Notes: generated by a model from the sequence alone, not told the origin. A stretch of DNA of 64,000 bases from Elusimicrobiota bacterium (GCA_041694815.1 JBGFSC010000006.1:9271-73270); one strand, 5' to 3'. Numbered from the stretch's first letter, positions 29,029 through 38,373 are shown. A program made the numbers and translations.

Positions 29029-30116
29029 TATCCGATGAGTTGCGCCCTGGGGCCGCCCGTGTAGCCGGTGAGCATCTTGAAGCCCTCGAGGTTGTGGGCG
29101 CGCGACATCGCCTCCTCCGGGCTCACCAGCCCGCCCTTGACCAGGTCGGCCAAGGCCTTGTCCATGGGGATCATGCCGAACTTGGCGCCGGTATCGATGG
29201 CCCCGTAGAGCATGTGCGTCTTGCCCTCGCGGATGAGATTGCTGATGGCCGGGGTCATCACCATGACCTCGCGGGCGGCGATGCGGCCCTGCCCGTCGCG
29301 GCGCGGGAGCAGAAGCTGCGAGACGACCCCCTGCAGGGCCGTCGAGAGCATCACGCGGATCTGCTGCTGCTGGTGCGGAGGAAACACGTCGATGATGCGG
29401 TCGATCGTCGACGGCGCGTCCTGGGTGTGCAGGGTGCCGAAGCAGAGATGCCCCGTCTCGGCGGCGGTGAGCGCCAGGGAGATGGTCTCCAAGTCGCGCA
29501 TCTCGCCGATCAAGATGACGTCCGGGTCCTGCCGCAGGGCGTGCTTTAGGGCGTCGTTGAAACTCTTGGTATTTTGCCCCACCTCGCGCTGGCGGAAGAC
29601 GCATTGCTTGGATTCGTAGACGAACTCGATCGGGTCCTCGATCGTGAGCACGTGGCATTTGTACTTTTGGTTAATGAGCTCCATGATCGCGGCGAGCGTA
29701 GTCGACTTGCCCGAGCCGGTGGGGCCGGTGACGAGCACGAGGCCGCGCGGCAGGTCGGCGAACTCGACGACCGTCTTGGGCAGGCGCAACTGCTCCGGTG
29801 TGGGGATATTGGAGGAGATGACGCGCATGACCGCCTCCACGCCCGTGCGTTGGGCCAGCACGTTGACGCGGAAGCGCGCCAAGCCCGACACGGCGAAGGA
29901 GCAGTCGAGCTCCCAATGCTCCTCGAACTTGGCGCGCTGCTCCTCGTAGAGGATCGAGTAGATCAAGCGCTTGGACTCGTCGGCGTTGATCGAGGGAAAG
30001 CCTGGGATCTCGGCCATGTCGCCGTCGAGGCGCATCATGGGGGGCTTGCCGATGACGATGTGGATATCGCTCGCTCCGGCCTGCACCGCGGCTTTAAGCA
30101 CCTCGACTAATTCCAT
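29028..30116 (-). CDS. pilT: type IV pilus retraction ATPase PilT
   Basis: Walker A GPTGSGKST. Asp box and His box, plus the PilT-specific AIRNLIREGK-like motif (ISNLIREGKTHM). Start at the internal ATG (MELVEVLK) preceded by GGGAGG. Confidence 0.85.
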   Translation of the reverse strand: MELVEVLKAAVQAGASDIHIVIGKPPMMRLDGDMAEIPGFPSINADESKRLIYSILYEEQRAKFEEHWELDCSFAVSGLARFRVNVLAQRTGVEAVMRVISSNIPTPEQLRLPKTVVEFADLPRGLVLVTGPTGSGKSTTLAAIMELINQKYKCHVLTIEDPIEFVYESKQCVFRQREVGQNTKSFNDALKHALRQDPDVILIGEMRDLETISLALTAAETGHLCFGTLHTQDAPSTIDRIIDVFPPHQQQQIRVMLSTALQGVVSQLLLPRRDGQGRIAAREVMVMTPAISNLIREGKTHMLYGAIDTGAKFGMIPMDKALADLVKGGLVSPEEAMSRAHNLEGFKMLTGYTGGPRAQLIG

Positions 30117-30209
30117 GAAGCCTCCCGGGTCCCTTTGCTTTGCGGCGGGTTCTGCCACGCCACCCCGCCGCATTTCAAGCATAAAGGATGCACGGTAATG
30201 CCAATCCTG

Positions 30210-31061
30210 TCAAGGAGAGATTTTCTTGCAGCGCTTAAAATCCCGGCCGAACACGATCGCCACGGGCGCGGCCGCGCGGGGGTCGGGCCGCGCGAGCACC
30301 TCGGCGTCCGGGCAGCCGATGGCCCGGGCGGCGCGCTCGGCCCGAGCGGGCCAGGCGCCTCGGTCGATGAGCAGGGTCGTCTCTTCCTCCGTCGGGGCGT
30401 TGCCGAAGGCGACCACGTCGAGGCCCTGCGCCCGCAGGGCCTTCGTGGCGGCGAGGGCCAACCCCTGCCTGCCCGAGGCGTTGAGGAGTTCGACCTGGAG
30501 GAGGCCCCCGGGTTCGTCCTCAGGACCTAGGATCCGACGCACGGTCTCGGGCACGTCGTCGGGCGACCCAAGCCAATGCAGGCGGATCGCGCGTGGAGAA
30601 GTCCGATACGCCTCGAGGACGAGCAGGAGACGGTCGAAGGCGCGCAATGGGAACGCGCCGTCGAGCCGGCCGAGCAGCGCCGACAGCCGGCCCCAGAAGC
30701 GCAAATCCCTGGAAGCGTCCGCGAGTCGGGCGCGCAGACGCCGGGGGGAAGGCGCATCGCCGGGAACGTCGATCGAGAGCCCGAAACGCGGTTCGGGCAG
30801 GGCGAGAATCCATTCCTCGATGCCCTTATTGCCCGAGGCTACGTAGAGCAGGGACAATTCCGAACGCGCCGGCAGATAGAGCAGCGCGTATATTTGGGCC
30901 TGCAAGGCGTTAGGGCGCAGGGTCAGCAGGCAGGAGAGCGGGGCCCCGGAGCGCAGATGCGCGGCCATCCTTGAGCGAGCGGTGAGAAAGGCGAGGGCGG
31001 CGACGCCCGCGAGCAATAGGGCGGCGAGCCATGCTTCCCTTTTTCTTTCGGGGCCGTTCAT
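30210..31061 (-). CDS. membrane-anchored LytR_C-domain protein
   Basis: N-terminal TM. C-terminal VELLNASGRQGLALAATKALRAQGLDVVAFGNAPTEEETTLLIDRG matches the LytR_C fold pattern. ATGA coupling with the upstream nadD-HD gene. Confidence 0.5.
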   Translation of the reverse strand: MNGPERKREAWLAALLLAGVAALAFLTARSRMAAHLRSGAPLSCLLTLRPNALQAQIYALLYLPARSELSLLYVASGNKGIEEWILALPEPRFGLSIDVPGDAPSPRRLRARLADASRDLRFWGRLSALLGRLDGAFPLRAFDRLLLVLEAYRTSPRAIRLHWLGSPDDVPETVRRILGPEDEPGGLLQVELLNASGRQGLALAATKALRAQGLDVVAFGNAPTEEETTLLIDRGAWPARAERAARAIGCPDAEVLARPDPRAAAPVAIVFGRDFKRCKKISP

Positions 31062-32182
31062 GGGATGGAGCGCAGCAGAGCCGCCCCCATGGGGTGCTCC
31101 CAATGCCCCATCGACCTGGCGTGCCGCAGCTTCATTCGCGCCGCCCGCTTGAAGGCCGAGTCGAGATCGCGCATGGCCAGCGCCCTCAGCGGCGCGGCCT
31201 CAGGGAAGTTCCTGTCCGGAGAAGCGGCGTCGGCCACGTACAGAAGGCGCTCGAGGCGGCTAAGGCCGGGCTTGCCCAGGGTATGATGCGCGATGGCGCC
31301 CAAGACCGCGGCGTCGGAAACGCCGAAGCGGCGGCGGGCCATGTCCGCGCTGATATAGGCATGCGCCAAGAGCGGGGCGTGCCGTAAGGTTTTGGATTTG
31401 GCGGGAATTGGAAGGCGCCGTCTTAGGGCATAGCGGCGCATCTGCGCCGGATCGAGCGATCTCCCGCAGTCGTGCAATAGCCCGGCGCGGGCCGCGGACT
31501 CGATATTTTCGCCGTGCGCGCGGGCCAGGCGCGCGGCCAGCCCCGCGACGGCCAAGCTGTGGCGGTAGCGCTCGGGCTTGAGCTCCCGGCGGAGCGCCTC
31601 GCGGATGCCGGCTCCGTAGAGGCCGTTGCGCCGGATATACCGCAGGACCGGCGCGGGGATTTGCGCGGAGCAGTCCTCTCCTAGGAGCAGTCGCGCGCGC
31701 AGTTCGCTCGAGGAGATGTCGGGGAAAACCCCCGGCAGTAGGAGGTCGGGTCGGCCGAAGGCGGCGGCGCCGGGCCGCCGGCCGACCGCCCATCGGAATC
31801 CTTTGCGCAATTCGGCCTGGCGCTTCCAGCCGCCTAGCGCCGCGAAACAGTCGCTTCCGCAAAGAAACCACAGCTGCTCCGAGGGAAACCTCGAGCGGAG
31901 GCGGCGCAGCAGCTGGTAGGTGTAGGTCCGCCCCTGGCGTTCGAGCTCGAATCGGTCGATCGCCGGCCGCTGCCCGCGGGCGGCCTTTTCCTCGAGCATG
32001 AGAGAGAGCATGCGCAGGCGATGGGGGACGCTCGCGGCGTGAGACTTTTTGAACGGCGAAAGCTTGGAGGGAACGACGATGGTCCGAGACGGCCTAAGCG
32101 CCCGGATGCCGGCTTGGAGCAGGCGCGAATGCCCCCGGTGGGGGGGATCGAAGCTCCCGCCGAAGACCAGGACGCGGCGCAC
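31058..32182 (-). CDS. nadD: nicotinate-nucleotide adenylyltransferase fused to an HD-domain (YqeK-like) phosphohydrolase
   Basis: N-terminal VLVFGGSFDPPHRGH is the NadD (H/T)xGH motif. C-terminal HSLAVAG...LHDCGR...HH residues indicate an HD domain. Confidence 0.8.
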   Translation of the reverse strand: MRRVLVFGGSFDPPHRGHSRLLQAGIRALRPSRTIVVPSKLSPFKKSHAASVPHRLRMLSLMLEEKAARGQRPAIDRFELERQGRTYTYQLLRRLRSRFPSEQLWFLCGSDCFAALGGWKRQAELRKGFRWAVGRRPGAAAFGRPDLLLPGVFPDISSSELRARLLLGEDCSAQIPAPVLRYIRRNGLYGAGIREALRRELKPERYRHSLAVAGLAARLARAHGENIESAARAGLLHDCGRSLDPAQMRRYALRRRLPIPAKSKTLRHAPLLAHAYISADMARRRFGVSDAAVLGAIAHHTLGKPGLSRLERLLYVADAASPDRNFPEAAPLRALAMRDLDSAFKRAARMKLRHARSMGHWEHPMGAALLRSIP

Positions 32183-32244
32183 TCGAATATCCTATCAAAC
32201 TTGACAAAGGCGGCGGAATTCTGGGATTATCGCCGTATTCCCCG

Positions 32245-33411
32245 ATGCTCAAAATACTGCCTTTTTCCGCCGTCCGCTATGACCCGCGCAAGGTTCCCTT
32301 GAGTCGGGTTCTTTGCCCGCCCTATGATGTCATCAGCGAGAGCGCGGCCGCGCGCCTGAGGGCGTGGAAATACAACGCCATTCATCTGGAGTCTCCTAAC
32401 GGCGGCCCGGGCCGCTACGTACGAGCGGCGGCGGCCTTCAAGCGCTGGATGCGCGATGGCGTGCTGCGGGCCGACGAGAGGCCTGGCTACTACTTAGTGG
32501 AGCAGCGCTTTCGCTTCGCGGGGAAAACCCGTCGCCGAGTGGGCCTTTTGGCGGCCCTCGGCCTGGATGCCGCGGGACCGGGAAACGTCCGCCCTCATGA
32601 GAAGACGCTCACCAAGCCCAAGAAGGATAGGCTACGCGTTCTATCCACGCTCAAGGTCAATACCAGCCCCATCTTCGGGCTCTACAGCGACTCCTCCGCC
32701 TCCTTGCGCCGGATTTTCCTTGGGTCGATGCAAGGCAGGCCCATCGCCGCCGGCAGGGCCCTGGGGGGGGAAGCCTTCCGCGTATGGAGAATCGCCGATA
32801 GCAAAGCCGCTACGGTGGGGCGTTTGTTCAAGCCCAAAAAAATATTCATCGCCGATGGGCATCATCGCTTCGAGGTCGCCAAGGCCTACTGGCGGCGCGG
32901 TCATCGCCGCGCCGGGCGGATGCTGATCTATCTCTGCGCCGAGGAGGATCCGGGCTTGTTGGTCTTGCCCACCCATCGGGTGTTGGTGCCCCCCGGTCCG
33001 GCGTGGGAGAGGGTGCGGGCGCTTTGCCGCCTTTCACCTTGCCCGCTGCGGCACCTGGAAGGCAGGCTGGCCAGGAGATCCTCGCCATACGCCTTCGGCG
33101 TTTGCGATGACTCAGGGCGGGTTTGGATCGCCGTGCCCAAGAGCGCCGGGGGCGCGCGCAGCGGCCTCGTCGTCGAATGGCTGGCCCGGAATCTCGCGGC
33201 CGATGTGGACCCGCACCGCATCCTATATACCCATGAACTCCGGGAGGCCGTACGCATCGCGCGGAGGGAGAAGGGCCTGGCCTTGATCGTGCCCGCCGTC
33301 GGCGTGCGCGCCATCCGGAAGGCGGCCGACGCCATAGGCCTTCTCCCGCAGAAGTCGACCTATTTCTATCCGAAGATAGCCACCGGACTGGCCTTCCACA
33401 GGCTTTCATGA
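32245..33411 (+). CDS. DUF1015 family protein
   Basis: N-terminal MLKILPFSAVRYDP...PPYDVISE is the DUF1015 signature start. 388 aa. Confidence 0.65.
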   Translation: MLKILPFSAVRYDPRKVPLSRVLCPPYDVISESAAARLRAWKYNAIHLESPNGGPGRYVRAAAAFKRWMRDGVLRADERPGYYLVEQRFRFAGKTRRRVGLLAALGLDAAGPGNVRPHEKTLTKPKKDRLRVLSTLKVNTSPIFGLYSDSSASLRRIFLGSMQGRPIAAGRALGGEAFRVWRIADSKAATVGRLFKPKKIFIADGHHRFEVAKAYWRRGHRRAGRMLIYLCAEEDPGLLVLPTHRVLVPPGPAWERVRALCRLSPCPLRHLEGRLARRSSPYAFGVCDDSGRVWIAVPKSAGGARSGLVVEWLARNLAADVDPHRILYTHELREAVRIARREKGLALIVPAVGVRAIRKAADAIGLLPQKSTYFYPKIATGLAFHRLS

Positions 33412-34199
33412 GATTCTCCGTCATCATGCCGACTTGGAACGAGGGGGCCCAGATCGGCTCCGCGCTCAAGCGCCTGCGCGAAATCTCGGACGAGTCCTCG
33501 ATGGAGATCATCCTGGTTGACGGGGGAAGCACCGATAAGACCGTCGAGCACGCCAAGGACTGGGTCGACCAGCTGAAGGTGCTGGAATCCCCCAATCGAG
33601 GAGCCCAGCTGCACGCCGGGGCGGGGCTGGCCAAGGGTGACCTGTTATTCTTCCTGCATGCCGACACCCAGCCTCCCGGACATTGGCAGGAGCGCTTGGA
33701 GAAGGCGTGGCTGGGAGACCCGCACGACTCCTTGGCGGCGACGGTGTTCTCGGTGGATTACGGTTCCCGGCTTCCCTTGCGGCTCGTGGCTGCGGGCCAA
33801 AACTGGCGCGCCCGATGCTTCGGCCTGGCGTACGGGGATCAGGGTTTTTGCGTCTCCTCCGAGATTTACGCCAAGACGGGCGGCTTCCCCCAGCAACCAC
33901 TCATGGAGGATATCGAGTTCTGCAACCGGCTGCGGCGCTTCGGCCGCATCCAGCTCCTGCCGGAGCTCATACGGCCCTCCGCGCGGAGGCTGCAGCGTTC
34001 GGGCCCATTGCTCAATTCCCTGCGCAACCAATGGATATTCCTGCGCTATGTGTTGGGCGCCGACCCGCAAAAACTATGGCGCCATTACTACAAGAAGGAC
34101 TTGAAGGAAGCGCCGCCGCCGGCGCCGGACACCGGGGATCCGAGCCGGCATCCCTTCGCGTATTTACGCGAAAAAAAGAGCGAAAACAGGAAGAGGTGA
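33408..34199 (+). CDS. family 2 glycosyltransferase
   Basis: FSVIMPTWNE...ILVDGGSTD... DxD-type GT-A fold. ATGA-coupled to the DUF1015 gene. Confidence 0.75.
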   Translation: MRFSVIMPTWNEGAQIGSALKRLREISDESSMEIILVDGGSTDKTVEHAKDWVDQLKVLESPNRGAQLHAGAGLAKGDLLFFLHADTQPPGHWQERLEKAWLGDPHDSLAATVFSVDYGSRLPLRLVAAGQNWRARCFGLAYGDQGFCVSSEIYAKTGGFPQQPLMEDIEFCNRLRRFGRIQLLPELIRPSARRLQRSGPLLNSLRNQWIFLRYVLGADPQKLWRHYYKKDLKEAPPPAPDTGDPSRHPFAYLREKKSENRKR

Positions 34200-34200
34200 A

Positions 34201-34425
34201 ATGATCAAGCTACTGATCGCCGCCGTCGTCTGCGCCGCGCTGTATGTGGGCTTGTCGAAGTTTTGGACGAAGGAAAAGGTGATGGAAAGCGCCCCGGTGC
34301 AGTACACCCAAGGCCTGCAGCAGAACGTGGAGAAGGCGGAAAAGTCCGCCGCGGCCGCCAACCAAAAGATCGCCGAGATGCAGCGGCAGGCCGACGCCTT
34401 CCGCCAACCATCTTCCGGCGAGTAG
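34201..34425 (+). CDS. small membrane-anchored hypothetical protein (74 aa)
   Basis: N-terminal TM followed by a coiled-coil-like tail. Starts 2 nt after the GT2 stop. Confidence 0.35.
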   Translation: MIKLLIAAVVCAALYVGLSKFWTKEKVMESAPVQYTQGLQQNVEKAEKSAAAANQKIAEMQRQADAFRQPSSGE

Positions 34426-34472
34426 CTGTATTTCTGAAAACCTAGTACTTTAGGCCTATCCTGGCTGGGAAC

Positions 34473-34498
34473 AAAAAAAGGTCCAAAATTGGACCTTT
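34473..34498 (-). terminator. perfect palindrome AAAGGTCCAAAATTGGACCTTT flanked by A7 (plus strand) / T7 (minus strand): intrinsic-terminator-like hairpin
   Basis: Seen directly in the sequence. The orientation with a U-tract is the minus strand. Located at the left edge of the low-GC island. Confidence 0.3.
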
Positions 34499-34561
34499 CG
34501 ACCCATGCGCTCAGCCGATTTTCAAGGCATATTTTTATTGAATGGCAGTTTGGGAGGAAAA

Positions 34562-35086
34562 ATGAATTCAAAATCGTTCGTTGTTGCCGCTCTCATGACC
34601 TTATGTTGTGTTTCGGGCAGCAATGCCGTCGATAATAGCGATATCGCCGAGGATATTCGGAAAATCCACAAACACTTTCAGGAGAATGGATTCCGGCATC
34701 AGCCGGCCGGATTGCCGCCTCTCAACGGGAGACGCCAGGACTGGGTTGTCGTGGATCGAATGAACGAGATCATCAAGCATTGCATCACTTATAACTATTG
34801 GATCTTGAACCGGCCGGGGGGATTGAACGTTTTCGGAATGAGCCATACGGATCTGTCCCGTTCGTCCATCGTCTCTTATCTGATGAGCATAGACAGCTAT
34901 GTGATGGATGCTCGGGAGAAGGCGTGGAACCCGAATGCTCGGAATATTCTACAAACGCTTCACGAGCACATCATGCTGCGTGCCCATGCAGCGCCGTTGC
35001 GTAGCAAAGACGGTCATTTGCTGACCATTTATCATGAGATTTTGGATCTTGCCCAAAAGGCGAAAGAAGCTGAACGTGGTTATTGA
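34562..35086 (+). CDS. secreted hypothetical protein encoded in a low-GC island
   Basis: GGGAGG ribosome-binding site 6 nt upstream of the ATG. Signal peptide MNSKSFVVAALMTLCCVSGSNA. Coding GC is about 49% against about 66% in the flanks. No family recognised. Confidence 0.5.
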   Translation: MNSKSFVVAALMTLCCVSGSNAVDNSDIAEDIRKIHKHFQENGFRHQPAGLPPLNGRRQDWVVVDRMNEIIKHCITYNYWILNRPGGLNVFGMSHTDLSRSSIVSYLMSIDSYVMDAREKAWNPNARNILQTLHEHIMLRAHAAPLRSKDGHLLTIYHEILDLAQKAKEAERGY

Positions 35087-35212
35087 TTAGTTCGGTTCCG
35101 CACGTCTTCCTAACTAGGCATAAAGGCCTAATCATTCCTGGGCCGAAAGACCCGGACTCTTTAGGCCCTTTGTATCCTGCGCCCGACCCCTTTCGCCTGT
35201 AAAGTAAAAGGG

Positions 35213-36346
35213 ATGACGCTACGTGTCGCGTTCGCCTTGTGGTTGGCTTGCTCGCCTGGGGGGTGGGCCCAGGATGCGATTGATCAACTTCGGGAAGCCG
35301 CGTTGGCATCAGCTTCCCGGCAGCCCGAGGCGCCGCCATATGCGGTCGGGCGCTCAATCGGGCTCATCGTTGCCCTGGGACCGGCGTCTTTCGATCCCGA
35401 GGTAATCAAAGGGATCGTCCGGGCCGGGGCCGTCGGGCTTCGGCTCAATATGGCGCACATGGACCGGTCTAAGACGGGGCTAGTGAGCGGAGCGATCGCC
35501 GAGGCCCTCAGGGCCGTTGGCCGCGCGACAATGCCCGTGCTCTATGATTTGCCCGGTGGCAAGGTGCGTACGGGTCCCGCGCCCGAGGCAGGAAGCGTCG
35601 CTCTCCAGGCGGGCCAAGCCTTCGTCTTGTTCTACGGCGGAAAGCTCGTCTCCTCGACGGCGGATCAAGCGAGCATCGACTATCCGGATTTAGCACCCCA
35701 TATCAAAATCGGCGATCGCGTGCGGATATATCAAGGCGAGATCGAGTTGCTGGTCACCGCGATGTCCGCGGGACGCATCGAGACGAGGGTGCTTCGAGGC
35801 GGGAATCTGCGCGGGCATGCGACCGTCGACTTCCCCGCGCGGGAACTTCCGTTTCCGCGCATGCGCGAGGAGGATCGGCAAAAACTGCGGATCGCCGTGG
35901 AGAACGGCGCCCTGTATATCGGCGTCTCCATGGTGCAGAGGCCGGATCAAATGGACGCGATGCGAGAGGAGCTGCTCCGGTTGGGGGCTCCGCATGCCAA
36001 GCTGGTGGCCAAGATCGAGACTTTGTCCGCGCTGGAAAACCTGGACGCTATCGTCGAGCGATCGGACATGGTCATGATCGCGGGAGGAGATCTTTCGGCC
36101 GCCGTCGGCGACCAGGAGGCGCTATTGGCGGCCGAAGGCAAAATCGCCGAGGCGGCCGTTCGGCACGGAAAGCCCCTTATCGCGGCGACGATCTATGAAG
36201 GCCCCGACGCCCCGCGGAAAGTCAGGCGGGCGGCCTCCTTCGGCGCCGATTACATCATGCTCGAGTCGACGGCGATGGCCTCCGACCCCGTGGGCCTCGT
36301 TTCCGGTTTTCAGGCCGTCTTAGGCGAGAGCGGCGCGAGGTTCTGA
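35213..36346 (+). CDS. pyruvate kinase barrel-domain homolog with a predicted N-terminal signal peptide and no C-terminal allosteric domain
   Basis: Residues align to the PK A/B domains (IVALGPASFDPEVI...RLNMAHMD; YDLPGGKVRTG; KIETLSALENLDAIVERSDMVMIAGGDL). N-terminal MTLRVAFALWLACSPGGWAQ resembles a signal peptide. AAGGG ribosome-binding site. Confidence 0.6.
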   Translation: MTLRVAFALWLACSPGGWAQDAIDQLREAALASASRQPEAPPYAVGRSIGLIVALGPASFDPEVIKGIVRAGAVGLRLNMAHMDRSKTGLVSGAIAEALRAVGRATMPVLYDLPGGKVRTGPAPEAGSVALQAGQAFVLFYGGKLVSSTADQASIDYPDLAPHIKIGDRVRIYQGEIELLVTAMSAGRIETRVLRGGNLRGHATVDFPARELPFPRMREEDRQKLRIAVENGALYIGVSMVQRPDQMDAMREELLRLGAPHAKLVAKIETLSALENLDAIVERSDMVMIAGGDLSAAVGDQEALLAAEGKIAEAAVRHGKPLIAATIYEGPDAPRKVRRAASFGADYIMLESTAMASDPVGLVSGFQAVLGESGARF

Positions 36347-37804
36347 TTTTTTAGGCTCATTAGGGTCGAGCACCGGCCCCAGCGCCCAGGACAGCGCGAA
36401 GGTGCCAAAGGTTCCCAGGATCACCAGCCAGCTCCAGCCGAGCGGGAACACCTTGATCTCGGAGAGATGTAGCAGCCAAGCGTTGAGCATGGCCATCAAG
36501 ACCATCGAGGCCACGTTCGCGTTATCGGCTCGCCTCTGAGTCAACAGGCCGAAAAGAAAGACGCCCAAAAGCGAGCCGAAGGTGACGCCTCCGATCTTGA
36601 AGGCGAGCCAGAGCATTCGGTCGAAAAAACTGAAGTAATAGGCGATGGCGCCGAGCAGAACCGCGAAGACGGCTACCGCCGCGCGCGAGACGATAAGGTA
36701 ATGCCGCTGGCTGGCGTCGGAGCTAATTAGCGGTTTATAAATGTCGGTGACGAATACCGCGGTCAACGAGGCCAGCGGCGAATCAATGGAGGCCATGATG
36801 ATCGCGGCCAGCACGAGGCCTCGGAGCAGAGACGGCATCACCGTGGCGGCGAAGTGAGGATAAATCTTGTCGAGTTTTTCGGGAAGCGCCATGCCTGGGT
36901 TGAGCTTGTAGAAGGCGACGAGCTCGGTGCCGATGAACATGAACAGGATCAAGACCACGAAGCTGCCGAGTATGCTCCAGACCATGGTCCTCTGGCTCTC
37001 GCCGCGGGTCTCGACGGTCAATAATTTCTGCATCAGTTCGTGGTCGGTCCCGAAGGCGGCCATGGAGCCGAAGAAGCCGTTGAGTACGGCCACCCAGAGT
37101 ATGTTGGGGTCCGAAAAGAATTTCTTGAGGAAGCCCGGCTCGCCCAGGGGAGGGCCCCAATTCCACAGCTGAAGCTGCCCCGCCTCGCCGGCGATCTTGA
37201 AGACGGCGGCCATGCCGCCCTCGATATTCCAGGCGAGGTAGAAGACGGTCGCCAGGCCCGCCCCGATGAAGGTCAGCGCCTGGAGCACGTTGGTCCAGAC
37301 CACCGCCTTGATGCCCCCGTACCCGATATAAAGCATGCCGATGAGGGAAAAGAGCGCGATGACGGGGACCAGGTGCCAGCCGAGCAGCACGCTGACCGCC
37401 AGACAGGCGGCCATCAGGCGGACGCCGGAGGCGAGCAATCGGGTCACGAAGAAGAAGCAGGTCGCCGTGTATTGGGTGCGCCTCCCGAAACGGTGGAGCA
37501 GGAACTCGTAGATCGTCGTGCACTTGAATTTATAGAAGGCCGGTATGAAGAGGAAGGCGATCACGATCTTGGAGGAAGCCGATCCGATGAAGAATTGGGC
37601 GTAGTTCCAATTCTCGCGGAACGTGGTGGCCGGAACCCCGACGATCGTCATGGCCGATATCTCGGTCGCGACGATGGAAAGGCAGGCGACGAACACGGGG
37701 ATCTCGCGCCGGCCGAGGAAAAAGTCCTCGGTGGAGAACTGCCTCCTGCCGAAATACCAGCCGACGAAAAACATGAAGGCGAGGATCCCGCCGACGACGG
37801 CCAT
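36320..37804 (-). CDS. sodium:solute symporter family transporter
   Basis: About 13 TM segments. The N-terminus has the typical SSS arrangement (FFLGRREIPVFVACLSIVATEISAMTIVGVPA). ATG at 37802-37804. An alternative TTG start overlaps the DJ-1 stop. Confidence 0.8.
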   Translation of the reverse strand: MAVVGGILAFMFFVGWYFGRRQFSTEDFFLGRREIPVFVACLSIVATEISAMTIVGVPATTFRENWNYAQFFIGSASSKIVIAFLFIPAFYKFKCTTIYEFLLHRFGRRTQYTATCFFFVTRLLASGVRLMAACLAVSVLLGWHLVPVIALFSLIGMLYIGYGGIKAVVWTNVLQALTFIGAGLATVFYLAWNIEGGMAAVFKIAGEAGQLQLWNWGPPLGEPGFLKKFFSDPNILWVAVLNGFFGSMAAFGTDHELMQKLLTVETRGESQRTMVWSILGSFVVLILFMFIGTELVAFYKLNPGMALPEKLDKIYPHFAATVMPSLLRGLVLAAIIMASIDSPLASLTAVFVTDIYKPLISSDASQRHYLIVSRAAVAVFAVLLGAIAYYFSFFDRMLWLAFKIGGVTFGSLLGVFLFGLLTQRRADNANVASMVLMAMLNAWLLHLSEIKVFPLGWSWLVILGTFGTFALSWALGPVLDPNEPKKSEPRAALA

Positions 37805-37854
37805 GTCGGCGCCGCCGAGATTGGTCTGACCCGAGAAGTACGACGTCCAGTCGT

Positions 37855-38373
37855 TCAACGCGTCTCCAGGGTCTCGAGCAGGGCCCGGCAGAAGGCGGGG
37901 AGGTCGTCGGGCTTGCGCGCGGTGATGAGATTGCCGTCCACGCACGTTTCCTCGTCGACCCAGCGCGCCCCGGCGGCCTCCAGGTCCGCGCGGATCGCGA
38001 AGAAGGAGGTCACGGTCCGGCCCCGCAAGATGCCGGCGGAGACGAGCACGGAGCCAGCATGGCAGATGGCGGCGACGGTCTTGCCAGCCTTGAAGCAGTC
38101 GCGGACCAGGGCGACGACGCTCTCGTGCCTCCTGAGGAAATCGGGGGCCCAGCCTCCCGGGATCAAGACGGCGTCCAGATCGCCGACCTTCACGTCGCCC
38201 GCCGAAAGCTCCGCCTCGATCGGGTATCCGTATTTTCCCTTGTATAGCTTCGCCGAGCCGGAGCCGATCACGCGGACGCGGTGACCGGCTTCCCGAAGCC
38301 GGTAATAAGGGTACCAGACTTCGAGATCCTGGTAATCCTGCTCGACGAGCAGGCCGATGGTCTTAGCCATCAA
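37855..38373 (-). CDS. DJ-1/PfpI family protein
   Basis: Nucleophile-elbow cysteine AAICHAGSVL. 172 aa. Confidence 0.8.
   Translation of the reverse strand: MMAKTIGLLVEQDYQDLEVWYPYYRLREAGHRVRVIGSGSAKLYKGKYGYPIEAELSAGDVKVGDLDAVLIPGGWAPDFLRRHESVVALVRDCFKAGKTVAAICHAGSVLVSAGILRGRTVTSFFAIRADLEAAGARWVDEETCVDGNLITARKPDDLPAFCRALLETLETR

Noticed and set aside
28660-29658. 332-aa version of the ORF downstream of pilT
   Set aside because: Only the C-terminal 122 codons are RsfS-like. The upstream 210 codons are an Arg-rich frame overlapping pilT and were rejected in favour of a GTG start at 29028.
36783-38284. 246-aa and 414-aa ORFs overlapping the SSS transporter/DJ-1 region
   Set aside because: Alternative or antisense frames. 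The sense genes have clear family signatures.
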